Shown piece by piece: positions 22,568 to 31,229 of a stretch of DNA of 64,000 nucleotides. The notes under the pieces were generated by a model. It saw only the letters and a program-made list of their open reading frames with translations, did not search any database and was not told where the DNA came from. The position numbers and the translations under genes are program-made. Within the stretch, counting starts at the first letter, position 1, and each line of letters begins with the position of its first letter. The stretch lies in NCBI GenBank assembly GCA_934487205.1, contig CAKSRS010000002.1, forward strand, positions 29,116 through 93,115, written 5' to 3'. This stretch comes from an uncultured Clostridia bacterium (lineage in GTDB: Bacteria > Bacillota > Clostridia > UBA1381).

Positions 22568-24128
22568 CAAGGACGACCAAAAAAATTCCCTTGAAAGCCA
22601 GAAATCATATTTTGAAGAATATATCAATAAAAATTCCGATTGGGAATTTGTTAAAATATATCCCGATGAGGGTATCAGCGGTACAAGCACAAAAAAACGC
22701 AAAGAGTTTAACTGTATGATTAAAGATGCCAAATGCGGAAAAATAGACCTTATTATAACAAAAGAGGTTTCGAGATTTGCAAGAAATACAGTTGATACAC
22801 TCCAATATACACGTGAATTAAAATCATTGGGAATCGGTGTATTATTCATAAATGACAATATAAACACATTAGACAGCGACGGAGAACTGCGTTTGACTAT
22901 AATGGCGAGTATCGCCCAGGAAGAAAGCCGAAAAACTTCCGAACGTGTTAAATGGGGACAAAAAAGACAAATGGAAAAGGGTGTTGTATTCGGTCGTAAT
23001 ATTTTAGGTTATAATTTAAAAAACGGAGTCTTAACAGTAAATGAAGATGAGGCTAAACTTGTACGGCATATATTCAGTAAATACTCAGAAGGCAAAGGAC
23101 TTCATATCATAGCAAAAGAATTAAGAGAAGAAGGTCATAAAACAAAAAACGGTAACAGCGAATGGACAAATAAGTCCATTCGTACCATTTTACAGAATGA
23201 AAAATATGCAGGCGATTTATTGCAGAAAAAAACAATTACACCCGATTATTTAACCCACGAAAAGAAATATAACAGGGGCGAGGAAGAAATGGTTTATATA
23301 AAAGACCACCACGAGCCTATTATAGACAGAGAAACATTTGATTTTGTTCAGGCAGAATTTAAAAGAAAATCGGTAGCATATAAAACCGATAATACCAAAC
23401 ATTCCAACAGATATGCCTTTTCGGGAAAAATCATATGCGGTCATTGCGGCAGAAGATACTCGGCTACATTCAGAAAACGCAAGGACGGAAGTAAACGAAA
23501 GGTATGGAATTGCTATAATAAATTTAAAAACGGTGCCTTGCACGAGGTCAACGGAGAAATTATAGGCTGTGATAATACGGCTGTCGGAAATGATATTTTA
23601 GAATGTGCGGTTTTGCAGGCACTAAATGATATATCAATCAACAAATCTGCAATTACAGATAAAATCACAAAAACAATAAATGAGGTTTTAAGGAATAAGG
23701 AAAAAGAAGAATATAACTTTGAAAAGGCAGAAAAAGCGATTGAGCGATTGGATTCAAAAAAATTAAAGGTCATAGACTCTTATTATGACAACGAAATAAG
23801 CAAGGACGAATTTATTAAGCTGAAAGAACAGTATCAAACCGAGATAGACGAATTAAAGAATAAAATCAAGACTGAACGTGAAAAATCTGTTTCCATTGAA
23901 AATAAAGACGGCTTTATAAATGAAATATGTAAAACCGTAAAACAACTCGTTTCGTTTGAAACCTTTAATGATTCTATTACAAAAGAGATTTTGGATAAGA
24001 TTATAATACACAGCAAATCCGATATAGATGTATATTTGAAAGGCTTTTCGGGGGAACATATTTTTTTTGCGGACGGAAGTAAAATTTTGGATAGTAATTT
24101 CCTATATCAGTTAAAAGGCCCTTACTGA
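22518..24128 (+). CDS. Large serine recombinase (resolvase domain, recombinase domain, zinc ribbon, coiled coil)
   Basis: AAYCRVSTDKDDQ..SLESQ (catalytic Ser), ITKEVSRFARN, and CGHCGRRY..WNCY zinc-ribbon cysteines. The last 8 codons and the stop lie beyond the CCTA junction. Confidence 0.9.
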   Translation: MMKKMLKVAAYCRVSTDKDDQKNSLESQKSYFEEYINKNSDWEFVKIYPDEGISGTSTKKRKEFNCMIKDAKCGKIDLIITKEVSRFARNTVDTLQYTRELKSLGIGVLFINDNINTLDSDGELRLTIMASIAQEESRKTSERVKWGQKRQMEKGVVFGRNILGYNLKNGVLTVNEDEAKLVRHIFSKYSEGKGLHIIAKELREEGHKTKNGNSEWTNKSIRTILQNEKYAGDLLQKKTITPDYLTHEKKYNRGEEEMVYIKDHHEPIIDRETFDFVQAEFKRKSVAYKTDNTKHSNRYAFSGKIICGHCGRRYSATFRKRKDGSKRKVWNCYNKFKNGALHEVNGEIIGCDNTAVGNDILECAVLQALNDISINKSAITDKITKTINEVLRNKEKEEYNFEKAEKAIERLDSKKLKVIDSYYDNEISKDEFIKLKEQYQTEIDELKNKIKTEREKSVSIENKDGFINEICKTVKQLVSFETFNDSITKEILDKIIIHSKSDIDVYLKGFSGEHIFFADGSKILDSNFLYQLKGPY

Positions 24129-24285
24129 TATCATCGGGCATAATGTACCGCTGCGACAGATACCTAAGCGACGCACCCAGTTCACCGTTCGGCCCGCCGT
24201 ACTGCGTCGCAATAATCGTTGCAAGCTGCGGATTTTTATTTTTCAGTTTTATCGGATATTGCAAAAACTTTTTATATGAAAACAT
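24101..24285 (-). pseudogene. cotJC: cotJC 5' segment (split gene)
   Basis: MFSYKKFLQYPIKLKNKNPQLATIIATQYGGPNGELGASLRYLSQRYIMPDDISKGLLTDIG matches the CotJC N-terminus. It then runs into element DNA. Confidence 0.8.
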
Positions 24286-24533
24286 TACGCATTACCTCCC
24301 TTTTCCCACGGCCACGGACTGTTAAGCCACATATCGCTCTCATCGCACGCCGACGCCGCGGCGTCAAGCGGACCGTATTTACTTTCAAATTCGTCCATCA
24401 GCTTTTCCGCAGTTTCGGTAAGCGTCCGGAAAATTGCAAATGCACGCGTATCACCCGGGTGGGTGTCCAAATATAACCGCATATCGTACGCGGCAAACGC
24501 ATACCGCTGAATTTCAAGCCTTAATTCATTCAT
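24285..24533 (-). CDS. cotJB: Spore coat protein CotJB
   Basis: 82 aa. YAFAAYDMRLYLDTHP..A...F and WPWE motifs. The ATGA overlap with cotJA and the 1-nt overlap with cotJC match cotJ operon architecture. Confidence 0.85.
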   Translation of the reverse strand: MNELRLEIQRYAFAAYDMRLYLDTHPGDTRAFAIFRTLTETAEKLMDEFESKYGPLDAAASACDESDMWLNSPWPWEKGGNA

Positions 24534-24703
24534 ACACTTTTCCCCTCACTTTTACAAACTTTTCCGTACTGTTCAATCGTCAGCACAAGTTCCGGGAACA
24601 GTGACCCGGCGGCAAGCGCCTCTTTTGCATTATATACAGTATTAAGCTGCTGAATCGGCACATATCCGTACCCGACACAGCCGCAGCTGTTCTGCATTTC
24701 CAT
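24530..24703 (-). CDS. cotJA: Spore coat-associated protein CotJA
   Basis: 57-aa ORF, below the track cutoff. It reads MEMQNSCGCVGYGYVPIQQLNTVYNAKEALAAGSLFPELVL.. with a GGAG RBS. Confidence 0.7.
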   Translation of the reverse strand: MEMQNSCGCVGYGYVPIQQLNTVYNAKEALAAGSLFPELVLTIEQYGKVCKSEGKSV

Positions 24704-24811
24704 ACAGTATTGCTCCTTTCATATTCCGATTTCGGCACAAATTTACACTTTTGCGCCTTATAAGACTTCCGTCTGTTTACATAATATGCCGAAAACATAA
24801 ATTTGTGTACA

Positions 24812-24842
24812 CAAAAAAAAGCTGCGGCAAAATTGCCGCAGC
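24812..24842 (-). terminator. Intrinsic terminator after the prsA-like gene
   Basis: Minus strand GCUGCGGCA-auuu-UGCCGCAGC followed by U8. Confidence 0.7.
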
Positions 24843-24853
24843 CGTAAAACAAA

Positions 24854-25831
24854 TCACTTTATCTCTTTTAACAGTTCGTCATTTTTCGTGACAACAAAAT
24901 TGTATTCCTTTTCCCATTCCGCCAATTTATTATCGACCATTTCATCTACGATTTTATCTTCCAGCTTATCGCGAACATCGTCCATCTCAAGCTGAAGGCG
25001 CTTTATGATATGATATCCGAAATCCGATTTACAGAACGTCACCTCGCCCGGCATGACTGCGTCAACAGCCTGTTCAAACTCCGCCACCATCTCGCCCGAG
25101 CCGAAAACATATCCGTCCGGATTTTGTGCAAGTCCCGGGTCTTGTGAAAATTCCTTCATAAGCGCATCAAAATCCTCACCCTTTTTAATGCGCTCATAAA
25201 CATCATTCGCCTGTTGCTCCGCCTTTTTTTGTTCTTCCTCCGAAAGCGGCTGACGCGTCGCCGAATCTACCGTTAAAAACAGTATATGCTTGGCTTTTCG
25301 GTATTCACCCTGCACCCCCGACGACTCAAACCGCGCCTTAAGCGCATCGTCCGTTATCGGCGTTTTCGCTTTAACCATATCGCCGATTTTGCTGTAATAG
25401 ACAGTGGATTCGCACATCATATCAATAAACGAATCGGTAATATTGTTATCCGACAGGAATTTTTTATATGAGTCCTTGCCGCCGTTATTGGCAATTATCT
25501 GCTCCTTCATACCATTGATTTTTGCTTTATCATCATCGGTCAGCCTGACGCCGGCAAGTTTCGCCAAATCGCGGTATTCCACATTTTTTGTCGCTATATC
25601 AAGCGCGCGCTGCTTGGCAACGTCAATCGCCTTTTTGCTCTCTATCTCTTTTGTTTCCCAATCCTCATCGGTTTGAATTTCCGTGCCCTTCATCTGACTT
25701 TTTATCGACGAAAGATAAAATTCAAATTCACCGCGCGTTATTTTCGTTTTACCCGCCGTTGCAACTGCGCTGCCGCCCGCACAGGACGCCAGCATCAGCA
25801 CCGACAGCGCCAATACAATAAATTTTTTCAT
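24854..25831 (-). CDS. PrsA/SurA-like peptidyl-prolyl isomerase lipoprotein
   Basis: The start is taken at ATG 25831 (GAGGTG RBS). It has an LMLASCAG lipobox and a parvulin-type core (AKHILF..FGYHIIK). Confidence 0.8.
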   Translation of the reverse strand: MKKFIVLALSVLMLASCAGGSAVATAGKTKITRGEFEFYLSSIKSQMKGTEIQTDEDWETKEIESKKAIDVAKQRALDIATKNVEYRDLAKLAGVRLTDDDKAKINGMKEQIIANNGGKDSYKKFLSDNNITDSFIDMMCESTVYYSKIGDMVKAKTPITDDALKARFESSGVQGEYRKAKHILFLTVDSATRQPLSEEEQKKAEQQANDVYERIKKGEDFDALMKEFSQDPGLAQNPDGYVFGSGEMVAEFEQAVDAVMPGEVTFCKSDFGYHIIKRLQLEMDDVRDKLEDKIVDEMVDNKLAEWEKEYNFVVTKNDELLKEIK

Positions 25832-25974
25832 ACCGTACACCTCGCTTAAGTATATTATACCACAAGCAAAAACGATTGCTTGCAAAGAAATGATACAATT
25901 TCACAGCTACGCACAGCGTAGGCGGCAAAAACCGCAAAACATTGCATTACAATGTTTTCTGTGATTATTATACC

Positions 25975-28900
25975 TTATTTCTCTGCGGTATGCAATTCAT
26001 TTAGCTGCTGTAATAAAAATTTAATATTGGCAATCATTTTTTTACCGTCGCGCACGCGGTATTTAACCGTTGGTTTTCCCTGCGCCGATATAACAATATC
26101 CTTTGAATAATTTTTTATAATAAACTGCACATATTCGGGCATGAAAAGCTTTTCGGAGAACACAAAATCAACCTCGCTGCCATTTTGCACCACATCGGTT
26201 ATGCCGATATTATGCGCCATAGCCTTAATCTGCGCGATTTCCAAAAGATTTCCGACCGACGAGGGCATATCGCCGAAACGGTCAATCAGCTCGTCGGTAA
26301 TTTCCGACGCGTCGTCCTCATTTTCCACCGCAGCGATGCGCTTATAGGTGTCAATCCGCACGCCGTTACTGCGGATATACCGCTCCGGAATAAATGCGTC
26401 CACGCTTAAATCCACCGAAGTGGCAAGTTCCTCCGCCTCCACATCATGCCCCTGGATTTCGCGCACGCTGTCGGCAAGAATCTTGCAGTACATGTCATAA
26501 CCCACCGAATCAATATGTCCGTGCTGTTCCGCGCCGAGAATATCCCCCGCGCCGCGGATTTCCAAATCACGCATGGCAATTTTAAATCCCGACCCGAATT
26601 CGGTAAATTCGCGTATCGCCGACAGCCGTTTTTCCGCCGTTTCCGAAAGCACGCCGTCACGCTTATACGTCAGATACGCATATGCGCTGCGCGACGAACG
26701 CCCCACTCTGCCGCGCAGCTGATAAAGCTGTGCGAGTCCCATTTTGTCGGCATTTTCTATAATAATCGTGTTGGCGTTAGGGATATCAAGCCCCGTTTCG
26801 ATAATGGTTGTGCAGACAAGTATATCTGTTCTGCCGTTCACCATGTCGTACATGATATCCTCCAGTTCGTCCTCCTTCATTTTTCCGTGCCCAACGGCGA
26901 CGTTTGCCTCCGGAATCATCGTCTTTATCCACTCCGCCACGCGGTATATCCTCGAAACTCGATTGTACAGATAAAAAATCTGTCCCCCGCGCGATAATTC
27001 CTTTTTCATCGCGTCGATAAGAATATTCGGGTCGTGTTCCAAAACATATGTCGATACCGGATAGCGGTTTTCGGGCGGTGTTTCCAAAAGACTCATATCG
27101 CGCACCGACACCATCGCCATGTGCAGTGTCCGCGGGATAGGCGTCGCGCTCATGGACAGTACATCGACGTTCTTTTTCAGTTCCTTCAGCCGCTCTTTAT
27201 GCGCAACACCGAACCTCTGTTCTTCATCAATAATCAAAAGTCCCAAATCGCGGAACTCCACGTCCTTGCTCAAAAGCCGATGTGTTCCGATAATAACATC
27301 AATTTCGCCCGTTTTCAGTTTTTTTATGATTTTCTTTTGCTCCGCCGCCGTGCGGAACCGTGAAAGCATTTCCACCTTCACCGGGAAATTTTTCATGCGG
27401 TTTACAAAAGTTTCATGATGCTGCATGGCAAGAATGGTTGTCGGGCAAAGATATGCCACCTGCTTTGAATCCATAACCGCCTTGAACGCGGCACGCAGCG
27501 CAACCTCCGTTTTGCCGTAGCCGACATCGCCGCACAGCAGTCTGTCCATCGGCCGCGCACTCTCCATATCGTGCTTTACTTCCTCAATAGAGCGCAGTTG
27601 GTCGTCCGTTTCGCGGTACGGGAAAGCGTCCTCAAAATCACGCTGCCACGGCGTATCGGCAGAATACTGATACCCCTTCGTATGCTCACGCTCGGCATAA
27701 AGCGCCGCAAGCTGTTTCGCCATATCCCGCGTCGACGCACGCACGCGCTGTTTCGCCTTGTTCCATTCTGTACCGCCCAGCTTGTTTAGCCGCAATTCTT
27801 TATCGGAATTTCCCGAATATTTATACAGCATATCCAGCTGGTCGACAGGAACATAAAGACTGTCGGTGCCGCGGTAGGCAATATGCAGATAATCCTTGGT
27901 GATTCCGCCCACCGTCATCTTCTTTATCCCTAAATATTTGCCTATTCCGTGCGCGCGGTGCACAACGTAATCGCCCGCATTTATATCGGTGTACGCCTTT
28001 ATCCGATTTGCATTTTCCGCCTTTCTGCGCGACTTTTTCTTCGCCGCGTCAAAAATTTCACGGTCGGAAATCAGCACAAATTTGAGCTCCGGATATTCAA
28101 ATCCTTTGCCCGTTTCGCCGCGCATTATTACAATTTCGCCTTTGTCAAACTCGCCGACATCATGCATATATCGGCATTTTATGCCCTTGTCATTGAGCGT
28201 TCCCGCAAGATTTTCCCCGCGCGAACGATTGGACGCAAGCACTATCACCGTTGCGCCGTCTTTTTGACGTTCGGTCAGGTCGCTGTACAGATAATCGATT
28301 TTGCCGTGCAGCGACACCGTCGTTTTGGTGGAAAAGTTAAATATCGCCTTGTAGGTATAAGTTATCGCGGAATGTGTAAGCGAGTTCATCGACACAAGCG
28401 GCAAATTCTGCAATCGCGCGGAAATTTCCGCATACGCCGCCCACATGCCCGCGAAATCGCGCGCTATAAGATTTTTCGCCGCCAAATCCTCTATTATTTC
28501 GCCCTGCTCCCACTCAAAACTTTTCGCACGCTCGGCAATGCGCTTGGGCTCCATCAAAAATATGAGCGAATTTTCATCATAGTAGTCAAGCAGCGTCGGA
28601 ATTTTGTCAAAAATTATACCGATATATTTGCAGATTGACGTCGGAATAATCCCCGATTTTATACTCTCAATGTCATTTTCAATATTTTCGATAACCGCGC
28701 TTTGGTCGGATTTTTTCCGCTTAAGTCTTTTTACCGCCGCCGAAAGTTTTTCGGCAAGCGCGCCCGTATCAACCCCGCACAGCTCACTGCACGGAATCAG
28801 ACGCACCGCCTCCAGCGTATCGACCGAGCGCTGCGTCATTACGTCAAATTCACGGATTGAGTCAATCTGAATATCAAAAAATTCAATTCGCACGGGATTT

Positions 28901-29436
28901 TCCGCCTGCGGCGAAAAAACGTCCAAAATACCGCCGCGCATGGCAAATTGTCCGCGCCCGGAAACCTCGTCCTCGCGGCTGTACCCCATTTTTATAAGCT
29001 TTTCGCAAATTTCCGACGGCTCACATTCACCGTCCTGAACCAAATCAAGCGTGTATTTTTGCATGATTTCCGGCGGAAGGGTAAACTGCAGCAAACTTTC
29101 AAGCGACGCAACCGTGATTTCGTCCGCCGCAAGCGCGGACAGCCGCCGAAATTCGCTGTGGCGGTCGCGCGCGTCTATGTCAAAAAACAGATACTCCTTC
29201 GACGGGAACACCTCCGTGCCCTCGGCAAACAGCCGCAAATCCGACACCAGCTGCGCCGCCTCCATGTCGCTGTATGTGATTACAAGCGTCTTTTTGCCGC
29301 GCGATGTTTCATATATAAAATGCGCCGCCGCAGAGTCTACAACACCGGCAACCGATATCGGCGTTTCGCCGTTTTTAAGAGCAGCACAAAAGCCGGAATA
29401 TTCCGTATATCCCGACAATAAATTCTCAAAATTCAT
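25975..29436 (-). CDS. mfd: Transcription-repair coupling factor Mfd
   Basis: DRLLCGDVGYGKTEVA (Walker A), DEEQRFGV (DEAD/H box) and QLRGRVGRS motifs. The start is taken at ATG 29436. Confidence 0.95.
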   Translation of the reverse strand: MNFENLLSGYTEYSGFCAALKNGETPISVAGVVDSAAAHFIYETSRGKKTLVITYSDMEAAQLVSDLRLFAEGTEVFPSKEYLFFDIDARDRHSEFRRLSALAADEITVASLESLLQFTLPPEIMQKYTLDLVQDGECEPSEICEKLIKMGYSREDEVSGRGQFAMRGGILDVFSPQAENPVRIEFFDIQIDSIREFDVMTQRSVDTLEAVRLIPCSELCGVDTGALAEKLSAAVKRLKRKKSDQSAVIENIENDIESIKSGIIPTSICKYIGIIFDKIPTLLDYYDENSLIFLMEPKRIAERAKSFEWEQGEIIEDLAAKNLIARDFAGMWAAYAEISARLQNLPLVSMNSLTHSAITYTYKAIFNFSTKTTVSLHGKIDYLYSDLTERQKDGATVIVLASNRSRGENLAGTLNDKGIKCRYMHDVGEFDKGEIVIMRGETGKGFEYPELKFVLISDREIFDAAKKKSRRKAENANRIKAYTDINAGDYVVHRAHGIGKYLGIKKMTVGGITKDYLHIAYRGTDSLYVPVDQLDMLYKYSGNSDKELRLNKLGGTEWNKAKQRVRASTRDMAKQLAALYAEREHTKGYQYSADTPWQRDFEDAFPYRETDDQLRSIEEVKHDMESARPMDRLLCGDVGYGKTEVALRAAFKAVMDSKQVAYLCPTTILAMQHHETFVNRMKNFPVKVEMLSRFRTAAEQKKIIKKLKTGEIDVIIGTHRLLSKDVEFRDLGLLIIDEEQRFGVAHKERLKELKKNVDVLSMSATPIPRTLHMAMVSVRDMSLLETPPENRYPVSTYVLEHDPNILIDAMKKELSRGGQIFYLYNRVSRIYRVAEWIKTMIPEANVAVGHGKMKEDELEDIMYDMVNGRTDILVCTTIIETGLDIPNANTIIIENADKMGLAQLYQLRGRVGRSSRSAYAYLTYKRDGVLSETAEKRLSAIREFTEFGSGFKIAMRDLEIRGAGDILGAEQHGHIDSVGYDMYCKILADSVREIQGHDVEAEELATSVDLSVDAFIPERYIRSNGVRIDTYKRIAAVENEDDASEITDELIDRFGDMPSSVGNLLEIAQIKAMAHNIGITDVVQNGSEVDFVFSEKLFMPEYVQFIIKNYSKDIVISAQGKPTVKYRVRDGKKMIANIKFLLQQLNELHTAEK

Positions 29437-29533
29437 AATTCTTCTCCGTTCTGCCGATAATTTAACCTTACACAGCTGCGACATTTTTATGAACATTTCC
29501 GACAAACACCGTCTGCACCGGGAATAGACGGCA

Positions 29534-29615
29534 CATTGCGCTTTTTGGTGCGGCGACGGCGTATATTCATACTCCGAGCCGTGAATACGCGTGAAATGCG
29601 ACGCATATCTTCCGC
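29534..29615. repeat. Diverged single copy of the about 111-bp intergenic repeat family
   Basis: GCGGCGACGGCGTATATTCATACTCCGAGCCGTGAATACGCGTGAAATGCG aligns with the units at 30301-30520. Confidence 0.6.
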
Positions 29616-29619
29616 ATTT

Positions 29620-30183
29620 TCAGTTGTTGTACTTGTTCATCGCACTATCTGTTCCGTGAGATATAATTTCTTCCACGGCTTTTGCGGCGCGGATAATCGA
29701 CTCCTCCAAAACAGGAATTTCCTCCTTGCCAAAACGCGCAAGCACAAAATCCGCCAAATCCATTTTTTCGCGCAGAGGTGAGTCAACACCTACGCGTATG
29801 CGCGGGAAATTGTCGGAATTAAGCTGATATATTATGGATTTTAACCCGTTGTGTCCGCCGGCGGAACCTTTGGCGCGTATGCGCAGTCTGCCCGCGGCAA
29901 GGTTTATGTCATCATTAATTACGATGATGTTTTCAACGGGAATTTTGTAAAACGCGGCAAATTCGCGTATACTCTCGCCAGATAAATTCATGAAGGTTGT
30001 CGGCTTTAGTAAAATTGCCTTTTCGCCGCCGATTACCGCGTCGGCATATAATCCCTTGAATTTCAGCTTTTTCACCTTTACATTATATTTATCCGCCATG
30101 TAATCTATGACCTCAAAGCCAATGTTATGGCGCGTCATTTCATATTGTCGTCCCGGATTGCCGAGACCTGCTATTAAATACAT
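29620..30183 (-). CDS. pth: Peptidyl-tRNA hydrolase
   Basis: 187 aa. MYLIAGLGNPG..Y..TRHN.GF and GGHNGLKS motifs. Confidence 0.95.
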   Translation of the reverse strand: MYLIAGLGNPGRQYEMTRHNIGFEVIDYMADKYNVKVKKLKFKGLYADAVIGGEKAILLKPTTFMNLSGESIREFAAFYKIPVENIIVINDDINLAAGRLRIRAKGSAGGHNGLKSIIYQLNSDNFPRIRVGVDSPLREKMDLADFVLARFGKEEIPVLEESIIRAAKAVEEIISHGTDSAMNKYNN

Positions 30184-30189
30184 TTTTCT

Positions 30190-30520
30190 CTCCGTTCCGC
30201 CGCGAAATCCGCGGTATAGTGATGTTTGCCGACCCGTAACGGCTCATGCCGGCACTCTAATTCGTGCGTATGCGTATAATACGCACGCACATTACGTCCA
30301 TTTTATTAGGGCACAACAAGAATCCAAGCAGTTTGCGCTTATGAGCGGCGACGGCGTACGTTGGTACTCCAAGTCATGAATATCCGTGAAACACACCGCA
30401 TATTGCGCCGCTTTTATTAGGACACGCAAGATGCAAGCAGTTTGCGCTTATGAGCGGCGACGGCGTACGTTGGTACTCCAAGTCGTGAATATGCGTAAAA
30501 TGCGCCGCATATTGCGCGTC
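30190..30520. repeat. Three tandem units (two clear about 111-bp units plus one degenerate) of a structured intergenic repeat
   Basis: Units 30301-30411 and 30412-30521 are near-identical, and 30190-30300 is a diverged third unit. Closing stems contain G.U pairs only in the minus-strand (gene-sense) RNA. Confidence 0.75.
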
Positions 30521-31225
30521 CTAATCGCGCTTGTCACGCCAGGCTGTCTTGTTCACCTGCCGTGCACGCGCGATTGCAAGCGATTTGTCGGGAACTTCAT
30601 CGGTTATGGTTGAACCCGCCGCCGTGTATGCCCCGTCCCCTACCGTTACCGGCGCAACAAGATTTGTATTGCAGCCGATAAAGCAATCGTCGCCGATTTT
30701 ACATCTATGCTTATTTTTTCCGTCATAATTAACCGTAACCGTACCGCAGCCGAAATTTACATTTTTGCCGACATCGCTGTCGCCGACATACGTCAGATGC
30801 GCAATTTTTGTGCCTTCGTCAATAACGGCATTTTTAACCTCAACAAAATCGCCGACTTTGACATCGTCCGCAATTTTGCTGCCCGGGCGGATATACGAGA
30901 ACGGCCCCGCAAGCACATTCTTACCCAATACCGCGTCCACCGACACGACTGACAACAGCTCCGAGCCGTCGCCGACTTTTGTGTCCACAAGCTTACAGCC
31001 CATGCCTATTACGCAATTCTCGCCGATTTCGGTATCACCTTGCAGCATAACATTCTGCTCCACAACAGTACCCTTGCCGATTTTTACATTTTCTTCCACA
31101 TAACAGCTCGCCGCATTGATAAACAGCACTCCGCTTTTTTCAAGCTTTTCAATCGTCTGCGCATTTTTTGCGAGATTTTCCTTCGCACGCGCATAAGTCA
31201 TTTCGGTAATCGTTCTCTTTGCCAT
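30521..31225 (-). CDS. Left-handed beta-helix acetyltransferase equivalent to the C-terminal half of GlmU (no uridyltransferase domain)
   Basis: 234 aa from ATG 31225 (GAAAGGAA RBS). It has hexapeptide repeats and NVNFGCGTVTVNYDGKNKH..T.IGD, as in the GlmU acetyltransferase domain. ribF ends 5 nt upstream, so no N-terminal domain is encoded here. Confidence 0.7.
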   Translation of the reverse strand: MAKRTITEMTYARAKENLAKNAQTIEKLEKSGVLFINAASCYVEENVKIGKGTVVEQNVMLQGDTEIGENCVIGMGCKLVDTKVGDGSELLSVVSVDAVLGKNVLAGPFSYIRPGSKIADDVKVGDFVEVKNAVIDEGTKIAHLTYVGDSDVGKNVNFGCGTVTVNYDGKNKHRCKIGDDCFIGCNTNLVAPVTVGDGAYTAAGSTITDEVPDKSLAIARARQVNKTAWRDKRD

Positions 31226-31229
31226 AATA

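Larger units (their letters stand above)
15728..24104. mobile_element. About 8.4-kb integrated element splitting cotJC (large serine recombinase, tyrosine recombinase, RCR Rep, DUF2815 SSB, LRR surface protein)
   Basis: The same CCTA core is at 15728-15731 and 24101-24104. An 11-bp perfect terminal inverted repeat reads TATCCAAAATT (15737-15747) and AATTTTGGATA (24083-24093). The interior is visibly more AT-rich than cotJ. Confidence 0.8.
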
